From Chiloscyllium plagiosum (taxonomy: Eukaryota), in contig NC_057718.1 of NCBI RefSeq assembly GCF_004010195.1, positions 8,731,181 through 8,795,180 on the forward strand: a stretch of DNA of 64,000 bases. The letters run 5' to 3'. The notes below the pieces were generated by a model. The model saw only the letters and a list, made by a program, of their open reading frames with translations, made no database searches and had not been told where the DNA came from. Positions 61,896 through 64,000 of this stretch are shown one piece after another (the first letter of the stretch is position 1; each line of letters opens with the position of its first letter). A program made the translations under genes and the position numbers.

Positions 61896-62480
61896 TTTGT
61901 GTGCAACTAATGAAAATGCATCTTGATAATTAATTCAATCGAGGGAAACAGGATATTTGCATAGTTTTATAGCAGGATTATAGAGTACAGTGTGTTTAAA
62001 ACAAGCAGAAAAGATCAGCAAGAATTGATTTGCATTAATTTGTGTTTCAAATTCTGCAATATTCTGCTTTTGTTACACTGACTTTAGGCAAATTGCACTC
62101 AAGAAAGCCAACGCAAGTTAATCAGTGAACCCTACCTCATCCAGCGTTCAGTGGGAACAATGCTGTTCAGATATCTATCTCGTCAGATGCTTTAAATGTA
62201 ACTTCTGAATTGGCAGGAAATTATATTTTCGCTTTCAGAGTCCAGAAGTGAAAAGAACAATGCACACTCATATCATGTCTGGATATCACAGCAACACATA
62301 AAGGCTATCGCCTGTGAAAAGCTATCCTTGAATAATGTGCAATGATTATTAGCAATGTGCCTTAAAATATCACTGTCCCTTCTGTGCCAGATTTTCAATA
62401 TGTTTCTGGAAGTGCTGAGAAATAAAAGCTTTGTTTTGCTGCATAGAATGCAAGGGATGGTCTGAGTTGTGGGGGAAATA

Positions 62481-62623
62481 CAGAGGAACCTCGATTATCC
62501 AAACGACATAGGCGGGGAGTATTTTGTTCGAATAATCGAATGCCGGATAACACTATTTAGCCAAGCATCGGGACCTTCTGACCTTGTTCGAATAATCCAA
62601 AATACAGATTTGAGGTTCCTCTG
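62481..62623. mobile_element. pogo/Tigger-type MITE
   Basis: TA|cagaggaacctc ... gaggttcctctg|TA, perfect 12-bp TIR. Confidence 0.85.
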
Positions 62624-62689
62624 TAAACGGAGTATCTCCAGGAGCTCTGGTGTTTCTGGACACAGGCAGTTTTTCTGCTTGTCAGCTAT

Positions 62690-62905
62690 GGGTCAGCGGG
62701 CAGCACTCCCATCTCATCACATCAAGGATCTGGGTTCCAATCCTACTCCAGGGCTTGAGGATAAGGAATTGAGGCTGAAGGGTGTACTGGAGGGAATGCT
62801 GCACAGTGGAGGTGCTGTCTTTCAGGTGGGATGTTAAATTGTGACTCAGTGCTGGGTAAACATAAAAGACTCCATACCACAAATGTGAAAAAGGGTGAGA
62901 GCACC
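62690..62905 (+). mobile_element. Deu-domain SINE (SacSINE1/AmnSINE1-like)
   Basis: tRNA-like head with ggttccaatcc; gtactggagggaatgctgcacagtggaggtgctgtctttcaggtgggatgttaaa resembles the Deu-SINE central domain (recalled from memory). Confidence 0.55.
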
Positions 62906-63399
62906 GATTGCATCGGTTCAGCACACCATCTAGAGACCTGAGTATACAGTACAGACTTACACATCAAGTGATGGGATGGCAGTGTCAGGTGAATAATAAA
63001 CTGAAGCTTAGCTGCCTTTGCAAATGAATATAAAAGATCCCTCATTGTCATGGTGGCTATACTTCAATCGTATATAAGCAACGTACTGGAGACATGAAAT
63101 AAAACCAGAGGTGAAGGGGGAAATTCAGCAGGTCTGGCAGTACCTGCTAGAGAGAGAATTAGAGTTGACATTATATCATGTGGTTTGATATCAAATTACG
63201 CTGTTGGGGTTTGAGACAGACTTACTAAGGAGGAGACAAAGTCAAGAACTGTCTTTCGGCATAGACTTCAAAGTGACCCACTTTATTATGCGTTAGTAAT
63301 AAATACTGCGTGGTACACATGTATACTAGAGGATGGCTTCCAACTGCATCAGATAAGGTCTACTCTGTCATCTTCTCCTGTCCATGTCCATGTTGCAGT

Positions 63400-63781
63400 C
63401 AGGTCTGGTGTGTCTCATGTCCAAACACCACCCACCGGCGTTGGAGTTGAGTTTGGGCAGGTGCTGTACCCAGTGGCATCAGTGGCGTTGGCATTGCCGA
63501 GGACTCATATGGCGAGGAGGTACGATGGTGCTGATGAGTGGACGGCTTTCATTCTAGTGACGGCACAGTGTGGGGGCTCGTGATTGGAGGAGAACTTCAC
63601 AAGGAGGACTGTACAGTTGAACACTTTTTCTTTATCTCTTTATTCCTCTGCCTTTATATTCCACGTTTTGGTTTAATTATCTATATTTTGAGATGGCGCT
63701 GAGAGTGGGGATATGATACAACACGTTTCACTGTATTTTGTCACAAAATACATGTGACAATCAATAAATCAAATCAAATCA
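63400..63781 (+). mobile_element. Non-coding element with Rex1-like 3' tail
   Basis: tttcactgtattttgtcacaaaatacatgtgacaatcaataaa(tcaaa)n; 5' boundary uncertain. Confidence 0.45.
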
Positions 63782-63916
63782 GACTGCTCTAATTATGCAC
63801 AGTGTTGCACAGCTCCATGACATCATCGTAAGACTGCTCCAGAGTCACGTAACAATTTCAAGTCCAATATGACTCTCCTTACTTGACGAAGGATATATTG
63901 AATTGAATTATACAGC

Positions 63917-63990
63917 CATAGAGTCATAGAGATGTACCGCATGGAAACAGACCCTTCGGTCCAACCCGTCCATGCCGGTCAGATATGCTG
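63917..63990 (-). mobile_element. CR1 (HER1-type) 3' terminal fragment
   Basis: atagagtcatagagatgtaccgcatggaaacagacccttcggtccaacc. Confidence 0.88.
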
Positions 63991-64000
63991 AATTTGTTGT

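Overview
Eukaryotic, repeat-saturated DNA from a cartilaginous fish. HE1-type SINEs, HER1/CR1 LINEs and Deu-domain SINEs point to a shark; the species cannot be read from the sequence. I found no intact host protein-coding exon, rRNA, tRNA gene or CRISPR array, so this looks intergenic or intronic. The window is a nested stack of decayed mobile elements: many CR1 fragments (one retaining ORF1 esterase, ORF2 endonuclease and a probable 5'UTR), an old L2/Crack-like LINE, Rex1/Babar and RTE fragments, four SINE types, solo LTRs, pogo/Tigger-type MITEs, minisatellites and three assembly gaps. The most notable signal is about 18 Penelope-like elements of at least four sequence families. Many are short fold-back (inverted-arm) copies, and several have 10-14 bp target-site duplications (TSDs). 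All four families carry a minimal hammerhead-ribozyme core (CTGANGA-A-stem II-GAAA-palindrome-NUH) with covarying stems. Penelope-associated hammerheads are known in general; activity of these copies is untested. Coordinates were read by eye, and boundaries of old elements are approximate.
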